From Mobula hypostoma (lineage: Eukaryota): a stretch of 64,000 nucleotides of DNA. Made by a program: the position numbers and the translations under genes. Location of the stretch: assembly GCF_963921235.1 (NCBI RefSeq), contig NC_086097.1, forward strand, positions 239,880,001 to 239,944,000, read 5' to 3'. Under the pieces are notes generated by a model that worked only from the letters and a program-made list of their open reading frames with translations, did no database searches and was not told where the DNA came from. Shown piece by piece: positions 1 to 12,189 of the stretch; the first letter of the stretch is position 1, and each line of letters starts with the position of its first letter.

Positions 1-242
1 GGATGGGCAGCAGCAGCAGAAAAATATACCAGGTTCCATTCCTTTGGCAACTTTTTAGGTACTGTTCTGCATCTAATAAAGTGCTTACTTGTATGTCCAC
101 GTCATTACTGCCCTTTGACTATGCTAATTCTTCTTTAATGGTATCTGATCAAATTCTTTGTGTGTATTTTTTTTATATATCAACCCCACCTAACAACATA
201 CCTCATTTATTTTCATTGAAAAACAAAATCAAATTGTTTAGC

Positions 243-478
243 AAACACAAAAAAATCTGCAGATGCTGAAAACCCAAAGCAACACACACAAAATGGTGGA
301 GGAACTCAGCTGGCCGGGCAGCAACTCTGGAAAAGAGTAAACAGTCAATGTTTGGGGCCAAGACCCTTCTTCAGGACATTTTCTCAGTCCAGAGAAGGAC
401 CTTGGCCCGAAACATCGGCTGTTTTCTCATTTCCGTAGATGCTGCCTGACGTGTTGAGTTCCTCCAGCATTTTGTGTG
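243..478. mobile_element. Penelope-like element (PLE) pLTR fragments in inverted arrangement (hairpin), each arm with a decayed hammerhead motif
   Basis: About 284-377 is the imperfect reverse complement of about 386-478. It is the same repeat as the ends of the GIY-YIG-encoding copy at 6245-6906. Confidence 0.75.
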
Positions 479-974
479 GTTTGTCATTCATTAACTTATA
501 TTTCTCTGGGTGGTTTGAGGTGTCCTGAATTGCTTTTTTCCTAAATATGTGTTGAATTACTTGTACCTCACAACCACTAGTTGCCTGATGATTCCCGAGT
601 TTACCCATTTAAGGACATTTCGGTGATATTCACAGGGATTTGGTTTCTGGAACTTCTTCCATTTTCAAAGGAGGATTGGAATATTAAAGTATGGCCATCT
701 CAACCTTCACCTCTCACAAGCTCTTAACTCCCTCTTCTTTATCTATATTTAACTTATCCAATTTCTTTAACACATTCTCATCTCCTGAAGACGCGTGTAA
801 CATGTTCATTTAGCGCTTAAGCTAAGCTTTCTGTCTCCAGTTAGTCCCTTATCAGCCTCAGGCTTTTTTTTTGACTACCTTTTAACTGTGTACACTGTGT
901 GCCTTTAGAAAGCCTCTGGTTATACTTTATATTGCCTTAATCTACTTGCTGTAGCTGAAATAATTGGGGATACT

Positions 975-1125
975 GCGGACAGCGGTTAAGCTACAGTCTT
1001 AATATCCAGAAGCCTGCACCATTGATTGAGTTTGAATCCCAGCAGAACACGAAGAGTCTAAATTCAAATAAATTAGAAATTAAAAACCTGCTATCAGTAA
1101 CAGCGGTCATAAAACCAATGGATTG
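975..1125 (+). mobile_element. Old tRNA-head SINE relic
   Basis: A-box-like AGCGGTTAAG and B-box-like GAGTTTGAATCCC near 1028; degenerate. Confidence 0.35.
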
Positions 1126-1140
1126 TTTTTTTGCATTTAT

Positions 1141-1300
1141 TCAAGGAGGCTTTGAGACTGTGATTGAATCTTCTCCTCTCCCTTGATAAAGCTCAGAAGA
1201 GATCTTTTGTTTAGAGAGTCTCATGTCAGGCATGTGCATGGCATGACTAGCCAAATCCAGCTGGCTGAGTGTTATTAGGGCTTTGGTTGTCCTATGAGGG
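1141..1300 (-). mobile_element. Old RTE LINE C-terminal relic
   Basis: Translation HAMHMPDMRLSKQKISSEL resembles HAIRMPDERIPKQLLLGEL of the RTE at 47714-48106. Confidence 0.55.
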
Positions 1301-1624
1301 AGTGAGGGGGAGGACATATTTGGAGAGCACTTCCGTTGTTTCCCTCTGAGAGAAAAGGTCAAAGATCACATTAAAGAAGGCAAGCTGTGCAAATGAAAAA
1401 AATGAATAAATTGTACAGAGATCATGAGTGACAATGAGCCCATAGGCTGTGGAATCAGTTCAGAGTTGAGATGGTTCCATGCCAACTCAGACGGCTGCTG
1501 GTTGTGAGGTAATAACCATTCCTGATCCTGGTAGTGTGGGACCTAAGGCCATTGCACCCCATTTCTGATGACCGCAGCGAGAAGGGAGCTTTGCCTGGAT
1601 GGTGGAGAAATGCAACACAGATAA

Positions 1625-1712
1625 AATGCAGGCCCTCAGCCAGAAATGTCAACTGTTTATTCATTTCCATTGATGCTGCCGGATCTGTTGTGTTCCTCAA
1701 AAATTTTGTGAG
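1625..1712 (+). mobile_element. PLE pLTR fragment
   Basis: GAAATGTCAACTG...GATGCTGCC...GTTCCTC..ATTTTGTG matches the other PLE copies in the window. Confidence 0.6.
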
Positions 1713-2284
1713 TATTAAAGTCTGTGAGGTAAAATGTACATGTGTATCTAAACAAATAGGGACACGGTTATTTTTGAAGTTTATTCATTCAAATTCAAAA
1801 TTTAAGATGCATTTACTATCAAAGTATGTATACTAAAAAACAGCATTGAGATGTATTGCTCTTTGTTTCCAGAATCTGCAGAATCCCTTCTGTTTAGACT
1901 TATGTAGTTCTGATTCTGATTCCGGGGAAACACACACAGTGGTCATATGACGCGAAGAAGCAACATTCAGGATGGGTTGAGGAATCCAAGTCAATGTAGA
2001 AGCCCAGATAGATTACGAAGGAAATCACTACCTTACAAACTATCCATCCACCTTCTGTCCTACCTGCGGTAGATGTAGGATTCCTTTTTAACTCGATTAG
2101 CTACCTCAGAACCTACTAAATGAAAGTAGCCTTCATTCCTGATCAGTAATCTAAGATGTGGAAGGAAATAAAAGCAGAAAACACTCCGAATTGATGGAGA
2201 GATTCAGATCCAAAGCAAAGACTCTGTTTCACTTTTCCAACATACAAATTAAACTTCTCACTGTTTTGTTTATTTATTTATTGT

Positions 2285-2535
2285 GTTACAGCATGGTATA
2301 GGCCCTTCTGGCCCTTTGAACGCACTGCCCAGCAAACCCCGATTTAACCTTTGCCCAACCACGGGACAATTTACAATGACCCACTAAACCACCAACTGGT
2401 ACATTGTGAGAGAAACTGGAGTTTGCAGAGGAAATCCACAGGGTCATGGGGAGAACATACAAACTCCTCACAGGCCCTAGTGGGAATTGAACCCAGGTCA
2501 CCTGTACTGTAAAGCACTGTGCTAACCACGAGGCT
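2285..2535 (-). mobile_element. tRNA-derived SINE (HE1/V-SINE-like)
   Basis: The minus strand has A-box GTGGTTAGC and B-box GGTTCAATTCCC, a central V-like domain and a CR1-like tail. Homologous copies lie at 3290, 10300, 14395 and 60020. Confidence 0.75.
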
Positions 2536-2844
2536 TCTAGTATTTTCAGTTTTAATTTCGAAATTGCAGCTCTGCATCCATTGACGTTTTTTTTTTATTT
2601 TTAATTTTCATTTAATGTGAGGTTTGGTTCATGGTAATCTTTCATTGTGAAAGGGAAGTTGCTATCCTTACATGTCTGATTTGCATGGAACTTCAGATCT
2701 GCCGAGGCATCTGACCCTTAATTGTTTAAGTTCGATGGTAAATAAGACCAAAAAGCTACAAGACATAGAAAGAGAATTAGCCTATTCAGCCCATTGAGGC
2801 TGCCCTAGATAAATCATTTGTTCTTCATGTGTATAACAGTGGTG

Positions 2845-3190
2845 TATTACATAGACCATGATTGTTCTTAGCAATTTTTTCTACAGCAATGGTTTGCCAT
2901 TGCCTTCTTCTGGGCAGTATCTTTACCGGACATCTAAGCACAGCCATTATCAATGCTCTTCAGAGATTGTCTGCCTGGTGTCAGTGGTTGCATAACCAGG
3001 ACTTGTGATACGCACCGGCTGCTCGTACGACCATCCACCACCCTGCTCCCATGGCTTCGTGTGACCCCGATCGGAGGGAGGGGAGGGGTAGTGGTGAGGC
3101 AAAGTTGGTACTACACCTTGCCCAAGGGTGATCTGCAGGCTAGCAGAGGGAAGGAGCACCTTACACCTCCTTTCATAGAGAGGCATTGGT
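2845..3190 (-). mobile_element. SINE with RTE-derived tail
   Basis: The minus strand contains AGAAGGCAATGGCAAACCA (BovB/Bov-A-like motif). A second copy lies at 41405-41638. Confidence 0.6.
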
Positions 3191-3289
3191 ACCCCGCAAT
3201 CCATGCAGATAAATAAAAATGAAAAATAACCACTGACACACTTTTAGATTATCAGCTAAAAGGGAGACCTACATCTACCATGATTTTAT

Positions 3290-3555
3290 TTTACTTTATT
3301 GGAGATATAGCCCTTTCAGGCCCTTCGAGCCACGCTGCCAACAACCCCACGATTTAAAACTGGGACAAATTCACAATGACCAATTAACTTAACAACCGAT
3401 AGGTCTTTGGACTGTGGGAGTAAAGCACAACACCCCGAGGAAACCCAGGAAGTCACAGGGAGTAGGTAGAAACACTTCACAGGCAGGTGCCGGAGTTGAA
3501 CCTGGGTCGCTGGTACTGTAAGGTATCGTGCTAACCACTACACTACTGTGCCACT
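3290..3555 (-). mobile_element. tRNA-derived SINE (HE1/V-SINE-like)
   Basis: Homologous to 2285-2535; B-box GGTTCAACTCC on the minus strand. Confidence 0.75.
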
Positions 3556-3724
3556 ATCATGTGGCTGCCTGTAAGGAGATTAATCTCAAGAGTGCATACA
3601 TACTTTGATAATAAATGCACTTTAAATTTAAACTTTGAGTGAATAAACTTCAAAAATAATCATGTCTCTATTCGTACATGCAGGCATATAGATATGCACA
3701 CGTTGTACCTGACAGACTTTCATA

Positions 3725-3812
3725 TTCACAAAATGCTGGAGAAACTCAACAGGTCCAGCAGCATGAAGAGGAATAAACAGTTGACGTTTCAGGCTGAAGC
3801 CCTTCATTTAGC
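3725..3812 (-). mobile_element. PLE pLTR fragment with decayed hammerhead
   Basis: The minus strand reads CTAAATGA-AGGGCTTCAGCCT-GAAA-CGTC-AACTG. Confidence 0.65.
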
Positions 3813-4324
3813 ATGTGTTGCTGTTTTGTTTAGACTTTAATATTCTAACCACAATGTAGAGAAAACTCAGGGAGGAGTTTGAGATGAGGAAGAGAGGTGA
3901 TGGGGGTGTACGAAGGGAGAAGGGGTGGGTGGAAGCAAATAGTCTGGGAAGCCTGAAGCTGGCATGTTAATGTAATGGTTTCTTTCATTTCAGTATCCTT
4001 AGAGCATACTCCTTTAGATTTAACAAAAAATAAGAAGAATTCTCCTCAAGGAGCCCTCTGCTGTTCAGTTCATAATATGCATGCACCAAGAATAATCACT
4101 TCCCTACCTCAATCCTTCACAATACAAGTTCAAGTTTATTGTCCTTCAATAATACGCATGTATACAACCAAATGAGATGACGCTCTTCTGGACCAAAGTG
4201 TCCAGTGCATATAACACACACACAAATGATAAGGTGCATGTATATCACACTGCTGGTGCTTCATACACGATGAAACCCAGGTGGTTGCAGGGAATTCAGT
4301 ATTCTTACCGCCTGGAGGAAGAAT

Positions 4325-5676
4325 CTGGATCAAAATCAGATTTAATATCACCGGCATGTGTAATGGATTTGCTAACTTTACAGCAGCAGTACATGATGAA
4401 TACATTTTGAGGAAAAAACTGATTTACATTAAATATATATATACACACACATATGTTTATTAATTACTTAAGTTGAAATAAGTAGTACCAAAATAACAGA
4501 AATAAAAAAGTAGTGAGATAGCGTTCATGAGTTCAATATCCATTCCGAAATCAGATGGCAGAGGGGAAGAAGCTGTTCCTGATCCACTGAGTGTGTGCCT
4601 TCAGGCTCCTGTACCTCCTTCCTGATGGTAACAGTGTGACTCCTTCCTGATGGTAACAGTGTGAAGAGGGCATGCCCTGGGTGGTGGGTATCCTTAATAA
4701 TGCCAGTGCCCACTTCCTAAGGCACTGCTCCTTCAAGATGTCTTGGATACTACGGAGGCTGGTACCCACGATGGAGCTGACTAATTTTACAAGTTTCTGC
4801 AACTTATTTTGATCTAATGCAGTGGGCCCCCATGTCAGATGATGATGCAGCCAGTCAAAATGCCATTAATGGTACATTTGTAGAAGTTTTTGAGTGTTTG
4901 GGTTGACAAGCCAAATCTCCTCAAACTCCTAATGAAATATAGCTGCTTTCTTGCCTTCTTTATAGCTGCATCAATATGTTGCAACGTGGTTGGGTCCACA
5001 GAGATTGTGACACCCAGGAACTTGCAATTGCTCACTTTCTCCACTTCTGATCCTTCTATGAGGATTGGCTATTGTTCCCTCATCTTACCCTTTCTGAAGT
5101 CCACGATCATCTCTTTGGTCCTGTTGATTTTGAGTGCAAAGTTATTGCTTTGATACCACTTAACTAATTGGTATTGCTCCTCTACGCCCTTTTGTCACCA
5201 TCTAAAATTCTGCCAAACATGGTTGTATCATCAGCAAATTTCTAGATGCTGTTTGATCTATGACTAACCACACAGTCATGGGTGTAGAGAGACTAGAGCA
5301 GTGAACTAAGCACACATCCCTGTAGAGCACCAGTGCTAATTGGCAGCGAGCTGGAGATGTTATTTCCAAGCTGGAGATTGTGATCTTCTGGTTAGGGAGT
5401 CGAGGATCCAGTTGCAGAGGGAGGTAGAGAAGCCCTGGTTCTATAGCTTTTCAATCAGGACTGTAGGAATGATGGTGTTAAATGCTGAGCTATAGTCAAT
5501 AAACAACATCCTGACATAGTTATTTGCATTGTCCAGGTGACTCAAGGCTGCGTGGAAAACAGTAGAGATTACATCTGCTATAGGCCTATTGTGGCGATAG
5601 GCAAATTGCAGTGGGTCCAGGTCCTTTCTGTGACAGATATTGATTTTAGCCCTGATCATCCACTCAAAGCATTTCA
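4325..5676 (-). mobile_element. Rex1/Babar LINE, RT and 3' part (continues at 7002-7525)
   Basis: [21 protein letters not shown] and FKFLGV motifs in frameshifted ORFs 5441-5755, 4835-5044 and 4551-4802. Confidence 0.85.
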
Positions 5677-7001
5677 ATAAGACCATAAGACACAGGAGCA
5701 GAATTAGGCCATTTGGCCCATCGGGTCTGCTCTGCCATCCAATCATAGCTATCATTTTTTTTTCTCTTCCTCAACCCCATTTCCCAGCCTTCTCTCTATA
5801 ACCTTTGATGTCAAGTCCAATCAATAACTTAACAATCTCTGCCTTAAATACACCCAATGACCTGGCCTCCACAACTGCACGTGGCAACAAATTCCACAAA
5901 TTCACCACCCTCTGGCTAAAGAAATTTCTCTGCACCTTTCTTTTGAATGGACGTTCTCTATCCTGAGGTGGTGTCCTCTTGTCCTAGACTTTTCCACCAT
6001 GGGAAACATCCTTTCCACATCTACTCTGCCTAGGCCTTTCAACATTCAAAAGGTTTCAATGAGATCCTCCCCTCATCCGTCTAAATTCCAGCGAATACAG
6101 ACCTAGAGCCATCAAACGTTCCTCGTATGATAACCCTTTCATTCCTGGAATCATCCTTGTGAACCTCCTCTGGATCCTCTCCAATGCCAGCACATCTTTT
6201 CTAAGATGAGGAGCCCAACACTGTACACAATACTCAAGATGAGGAACACTCACAATACGCTGGAGGAACTCAGCAGGTCGGGCAGCTTCTGTGGAAACGA
6301 TCGGGCAATGTTTTGGGCTGGAACCCTTCATCAGGACTGTAGAGGGAAGAGGCAAAGGCCCTATAAAGAAGGTGGGGGGATGGTGGGAAGGAGAAGGCTG
6401 GTAGGTTCCAGGTGAAAAGCCAGTAAGGGGAAAGATAAAGGGGTGGGGTAGGGGAGGCAGGGAGGTGATAGGCAGGAAAGGTGAAGAAGGAATAGGGGAA
6501 AACACAATGGGTAGTAGAAGGAGGCGGAACCATGAGGCAGCTAGGGGAAGGGGCAGAGTGAAATAGGGATAGGGGAAGGGGCAGAGTGAAATAGGGATAG
6601 GGGAAGGGAGGTGGTGGGAATTACCAGAAGTTGGAGAATTCTATGTTCATACCAAGGGGCTGGAGACTACATAGATGGTATATGAGGTGTTGCTCCTCCA
6701 ACCTGAGTTTGGCCTCATCGTGGCAGTAGAGGAGGCCATGTATGGACATATCCGAATGGGAATGGGAAGCAGAGCTGAAGTGGGTGGCAACCGGGAGATC
6801 CTGTCTGATGCTGATCGTTTCCACAGATGCTGCCCGACCTGCTGAGTTCCTCCGGCCTGTTGTGAGTATTGCTTTGACCCCAGCATCTGCAGAGTATTTT
6901 GTGTTCACTCAAGGTGAGGCCTCACCAGTGCCTTATAAAGCCTCACATCCCTGCTCTTGTATTCTAGGCCTCTTGAAATGAATGCCAACATTGCATTTGC
7001 C
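5677..7001 (-). mobile_element. 5'-truncated CR1 LINE inserted in Rex1
   Basis: PHLEYCVQCWAPHLRKD..LERIQRRFTRMIPG and a (ATAAGACC)n tail. It interrupts Rex1 at AAAGCATTTCA|TC, which is contiguous in the copy at 57990-58010. Confidence 0.85.
6245..6906 (-). mobile_element. Penelope-like element fragment: GIY-YIG endonuclease C-terminus plus inverted pLTR, 13-bp TSD
   Basis: ORF 6621-6908 PVATHF..HS..D....GL........RLEEQHLIY.L.SLQP.GMN. Inverted repeat 6245-6302 vs 6813-6870. TSD ACTCAAG(A/G)TGAGG at 6232-6244 and 6907-6919. Confidence 0.85.
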
Positions 7002-7525
7002 TCATCGCCGTAGATGTGAGCACTACTGGATGACATTCACTGAGGCAGCTCACACTGCTTTTCTTGGGCACGGGGTATAATTGTTGCCCCTTTGAAGCAG
7101 GTAGGAACTTCCAACTGTAGCAGTGAGAGATTGAAAATGTCTTTGAATACTCCTGCTGGTTGGTTGGCACAAGGTTTCAGAGCCTTACTGGGTACTCCAT
7201 TGGGTTCTGCTGCCTTGCAAGGGTTCACCCTCTTGAAAGACAGCTGATGTTGACTACCGTGACAGAGATCACTGGGTCATCAGATGCTGTGGGGATCCTC
7301 ATAGCTGTGATTTTATTCTCCCTTCCAAAGAGAGCATAAAAGTCACTGAGCTTGCTTTATAGTGAAACATTGCTGCCATTCATGATGTTGTGTTTTGTTC
7401 TGTAGGAAGTAATAGCCTGCAAACCCTGTCAGAGTTGATATGCATCCAATGTCAACTCGAGCCTCTCCTGGAATTGTTTCTTAGCTCCTGAAATAGAGCT
7501 TCATAAGTAACACCTGGCTTTCTGT
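7002..7525 (-). mobile_element. Rex1/Babar LINE (upstream continuation of 4325-5676)
   Basis: KAAEPNGVP..ALK.CANQ.AGVFKDIFNLSL...VPTCFK in ORF 7037-7228. Confidence 0.8.
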
Positions 7526-7544
7526 TTCCCATCCTAACAGTTTT

Positions 7545-8835
7545 TGTCCTTATGCTACAGTACCTCCTGCCTGATGGTTGGGGGTGTCAGAATGGTTGTT
7601 GGGCATATGAGAAGGTTCACTAACAGTGCTAAGGGTCCTGTGTATGCAGCGTGCTAATCCATCAGGTGGAAAAGAGACCCTGAAGTTCCTCTTTGCAGTC
7701 CTCACAATCCTTTGTAGGGACTGGCAATACTGTTGCATTTATTTAACGTTTATGTCCTCTCCAAAATTTCAAAACTTCTGCTGAGTAATATGAAAGTAAT
7801 GTATAGTTCTTCGTCAGTCCTCCAAAATATCCTACAGTGGATCACAAAGTATGTTATTTTAATGCCTTAAAATTCCCGTATGAGACGGTGTTGCACCTTG
7901 TCGGGACAGTCTCAGTAGTGCTCCTGTAAAAATTGGTTGAAGTGAGGGGTTGGGGAGGAGGGAGACTCACTTCCTTTAATCTGCTCAGGAAGTGGAGACT
8001 CTACTGTACTCTTTTGACCAAAGAGGCGGTGTTGAGGGGCCAAGTGAGATCATCCGCTATGTTGCACTTGGTTCTCCTAACCCTCTCCACGAAGGAGCCA
8101 TGTATGTGCGGTGAGAAGTAGTTAACCAGCACCTTCCTAAAGTTCACAGTTATCTCTTTGGTCTTGTCCACATTGTTGTCCAAGTTGTTGTGCTTGCCTT
8201 ATTCTACCAGCTCCTTTACTTCTCTGTATGCTGTCTCATTGTCGTTGCTGATGAGACCAACTACTGTTGGAACATCAGTGAACCTAATGATTTGGTTTGA
8301 ACTGGCTCTAGGAAAGTGTTCACAATGTGAACAGCAGCGGGCTGAGCCGGCAGCCCTGGGGAGCCCTGGTGCCCAGCATGATGGAGCTAGAGATGTTTCT
8401 GCAACATACACTGAGAGTGGCCTTTCTGTCCAGAAGTCCAGGACCCAGTTACAGAGAGGTGTTGTGACCGTACAAGGACAGTTTACCCATCTGTCTCTGA
8501 GGTATGGTCATATTGAGCTGAAGTCAATAAACAGAATCAGGGCATATGAGGCACCATTTTCCAGGTCGGACAGGACGGAGTGGAGGGCAGAGGCTATGGC
8601 ATCGTCAGTGGACCGATTTGAAAGATAACTGAACTGGAAAGGGTCCAATCTATCAGGAAGATGGGATTTAATGTGATCAAAGCACTTCATAATTGCTGAG
8701 TTCAGTGTCACTGGACGGTTATAGATGAGGTAGGTTATTGTTCCTCTCTAGAGCACTGCGATGAAGCCCGAAGGGACAATGGACTGTTCCAGAGAGATGT
8801 TGAAGGTCTCTGTTGGAGCTTCTGTAACTGGGCTG
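7545..8835 (-). mobile_element. Degenerate Rex1/Babar LINE (different subfamily)
   Basis: LDPFQFSY..NRSTDDAI, FIDFSS and RFTDVPTVVGLI motifs. Confidence 0.75.
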
Positions 8836-8929
8836 CACACTCAGGCATCCCAATCTCCACTCAGCAGTTCAAAGTGACAACCTCGGTTAATTGCAACTTG
8901 GGTTAATGGAGTAAAAACATGGCACTTTT

Positions 8930-9750
8930 AAAATCAGATCAGGATTAATATCATTGCCATATGTCGTGAAATTTGTTAACTTTACAGCAGTAGTACAATT
9001 CAAAATATGATAATATAGAAAAAACAGTGTATTACTGTAAGTTTATATATATATATATATATATATCCAATGTCCATTCAGAAATTGAATGGCAGAGGGG
9101 AAGAAATTGATCCCAAGTCACTGAGTGTGGGCCTTCAGGCTTCTGTACCTCTTTCCTGATGGGAACAACGAGAAGAGGGCCTGTCCTGGGTGGTGGGGGT
9201 CCTTAATAATGGAAGTCGCCTTTTCAAAGCATCGCTCCTTGAAAATGTCTTGGATACTACGGAGGCTAGTACCCATGATGGAGCTGGCTAATTTTACAAC
9301 TCTCTGGAGCTTCCATCAATCCGGTGCAGTAGCCACCACCACACCCCCACAGCCCCCATACCAGACAGTGATGCAGCCAGTCAGAATGCTCTCCCCAGTA
9401 CAGCTGTGGAAAGTTCTGAGTGTTTAGGTGACAAATCAAATCTCCTCGAACTCCTTATGAAATATAGCTGCTGTCTTGCCTTCTAAATAGCTGCATGATA
9501 AGATGGGACCACGTTAGGTCCTCAGAGATATGAATACACAGAATCTTGAAATTGCTCACTCTCTCCACATCAGATCCCTCTATGTGGATTAGTTTATGTT
9601 TCCTCATCTTACTCTTTCTGAAGATCACAATCAGCTCTTTGGTCTTACTGACGTTGAATGCTAGTTTATTGCTGTGACATATCTGGTATATCTTGCTCCT
9701 ATATGCTCTCTCAACACCATCTGAGATTCTGCCAATAATTCTATCATCAT
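8930..9750 (-). mobile_element. Rex1/Babar LINE 3' fragment
   Basis: Nucleotide homology to 4525-5230 and 56640-57560. Confidence 0.8.
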
Positions 9751-10299
9751 TCTTAGCATTACCTAGGAAATAAAACTTACCCTACCCAAGGATTTTTAAG
9801 GAAATTAATGACATTATTAACTGTGCAATTTGGAGTTTACCTTGATTTTTCAAATACATTAATAGTCATGAGCTGTGACAAGAACCATGAAGAATGAATA
9901 ACAATATTCTAGATTCAGTTCCAAAACAATTGTGTTTCAGCAATTTATTCATGAGACCTTTCTGGGGAGTTTATTTCAGAATAAGGAGAAGGCTTAGAGA
10001 GTGGCTTGTTAAATATTGAAATAAGTAATACAGCAACCATACATTTTGAGAACTTTGTAATAGCTACTTTGATGGAATAAGGCTCTAGGAAACATCATCC
10101 GTTGATACATTTGAGACAGTTCATCAATACTGTTCCTCCTCTAACTTCTTGTGAAACCTCCACAGAAAATTATTCACTGGAAGCAAAAACACAAGTTCAA
10201 ACTGCTGTTCAATAATGCTCAAAGTTCATTCATGACATTACATAATATTGCTCAACCAGAGTAATCTAGCTTTTTCCCCCAATACTGATTGTTTGCACC

Positions 10300-10430
10300 A
10301 GCACAGTGGCGTACTGGTTAGCACAGTGCCCTACAGCATGGTTCAATTCCCTCTGCTGGCTGTTAGTTTATACATTCTTCTTGTGATGTTGTGGGCTTCT
10401 TCCTGTGCTCTGGTTTCCTCCTACATTCCT
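10300..10430 (+). mobile_element. tRNA-derived SINE fragment (V-SINE-like)
   Basis: TGGTTAGC A-box and GGTTCAATTCCC B-box. Confidence 0.65.
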
Positions 10431-10809
10431 CCCATCACTCCTTGAAGATGTCTCAGGTTTTTGTTCTCACACCACTTGACAAGCCTGTCTTCCTCCTCTC
10501 TGCATGGCAACTCATAGTTCAGTAGTTTAGTTCCATTTTAAAAAAGAGAAACATATGCAATATTCATCTTGAAATTCTTGTTCTTCGCAGATATCCACAA
10601 AAACAGAAGAGTGCCCCAAAGAATGAGGGACAGTTAAAATGTTAGAACCCCAAAGCCTCCACTATTACCCCCTCATCACGCACAAGCAGCAGCAAAGCAA
10701 CAACACCCCTCAGCCCCACCTACTTCTGCAAAAAAACATCGGCACCTTCCACCCACCAAGCACGCAATAGTGAAATTACGCTCAGTGGCCATTTATTAAG
10801 TATCCACGG

Positions 10810-11078
10810 CCTTCTGTCCTCTTCTATCAGATTCCCCCTTCTCCAGCCCTGTATCTCTTTCACCAATCAACTTCCCAGCTCTTCACTTCATCCCTCCCCC
10901 TCCTGGTTTCACCTATCACCTTGAGTTTCTCTCTCCCCTCGCCCCACCCTTGAATTCTACTCCTCAGCTTTTTTTCTCCAGTCCTGATGAAGAGCCTTGG
11001 CCTGAAGCGTTGACTGTACTCCTTTCCATGGATGCTGCCTGGCCTGCTGAGTTCCTCCAGCATTTTGTGGGTGTTATT
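10810..11078 (+). mobile_element. PLE 3'/pLTR fragment nested in the Tc1 derivative
   Basis: Pyrimidine-rich tract followed by CAGTC-CTGATGA...GACTG and GCTGAGTTCCTCCAGCATTTTGTG. Confidence 0.75.
10979..11016 (+). ncRNA. Minimal type I hammerhead ribozyme relic (one core mutation)
   Basis: CAGTC / CTGATGA / AGAGCCTTGGCCT / GAAG / CGTT / GACTG. Stem I CAGTC:GACTG is intact; the GAAA core is mutated to GAAG. Confidence 0.6.
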
Positions 11079-12189
11079 AGATGTCACCTGTACCTAAAAA
11101 AGTGACATCTGAGTGCATGTTTGTGGACTTCTGCTGTTGTTAGCTCATGTTTTTCCATACACCACTGTTGTAACGTTTTTATTTGACTTACTGTTGCCTT
11201 CCTGTCAGCTTGAACCAGTCTGACCATTTTCCTCTGACCTCTCTCATTAACAAGGTATTTTCACCCATAGAACTGCCACTCAGTGAATTTTTTTGTTTGT
11301 TTTTTGCAACATTCTCTGTAAACTCTAGAGACTGTTGTGTGTGAAAATCTCAGGAGATCCGCAGTTTCTGGAACACTCAAACCTCCCACTCTGACACCAG
11401 GATTCATTCCACAGTCAAAATCATTTAGATCACATTTCTTCCTCACACTGGTATTTGATCTGAACAACAACTGAGCCTCTTGACCATGTCTGCATGCTTT
11501 TGTGCATTGAGTTGCTGCCACATGATTGGCTGATTAGATATTTGCATTAATGAGCAGATGTAGAGATGTACCTAATAAAGTGGCCACTGAGTGTATATTG
11601 CTGGCACATAGAAAGGGCTTTACTGAGAGATACGGCAGGTGTGAGTTTCTTCTTCAATTGATGACATTTTCTATACGTGCGTTGAGGTCAAACCACTGAC
11701 AAAGAGCTCTCTTATTCTACCATCAATTAATTAGCAAAATTATGCTTTGGATAATTTATTTGAAGTCTATGATAAAACACTTTGCGTTAAACTAGAATCC
11801 TGAGATTTTAGCAGCTTTAGGCTCGTATGTTCTTCAACCATCACAGGAAGACTCAGGTTTTTCATCAGTGAATGCATCATTGATCTGCATGGTCTCTCCA
11901 GCTGGATTCAATCCAATAGATTTCTTTTTGACAACTTATGCTAACATGATGAAACATGATAAACTGTAGTAATGAGATTGATAGTAAGTTACAAAGTACC
12001 CCCGATCATTGAGCACTTTTCTAATGAGCGCTGCCACAAGAAAGCAACATCCATCATCAAAGGAACCTACCACCCAGGCCACTCCTTTTCACAGATATCA
12101 TCAGAGGCATTAGGCCCCACACCACCAGGTTCAGAAACAGCCATCAGGCAACTAAAATGACCATGGATAACTTCACTCACCAATGCTTT

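Larger units (their letters stand above)
10779..11593 (-). mobile_element. Internally deleted Tc1/mariner element retaining the N-terminal HTH
   Basis: TIRs C(G/A)CTCAGTGGCCA..TTATTA.GTA with TA flanks at 10777-10778 and 11594-11595. ORF 11261-11521 KKCDLNDFD.GM.....GLSVPETADLL.FSHTTVSRVYRE. Confidence 0.8.

Noticed and set aside
2470..2535. tRNA gene
   Set aside because: The A/B boxes belong to a SINE head; no convincing cloverleaf, and it continues into the SINE body.
4615..4664. ~25-bp tandem duplication in Rex1
   Set aside because: Ordinary slippage duplication within a decayed LINE.
10120..10200. Possible minus-strand terminal exon (NNFLWRFHKKLEEEQY*)
   Set aside because: Only an acceptor-like site supports it; no recognisable homology or partner exons.
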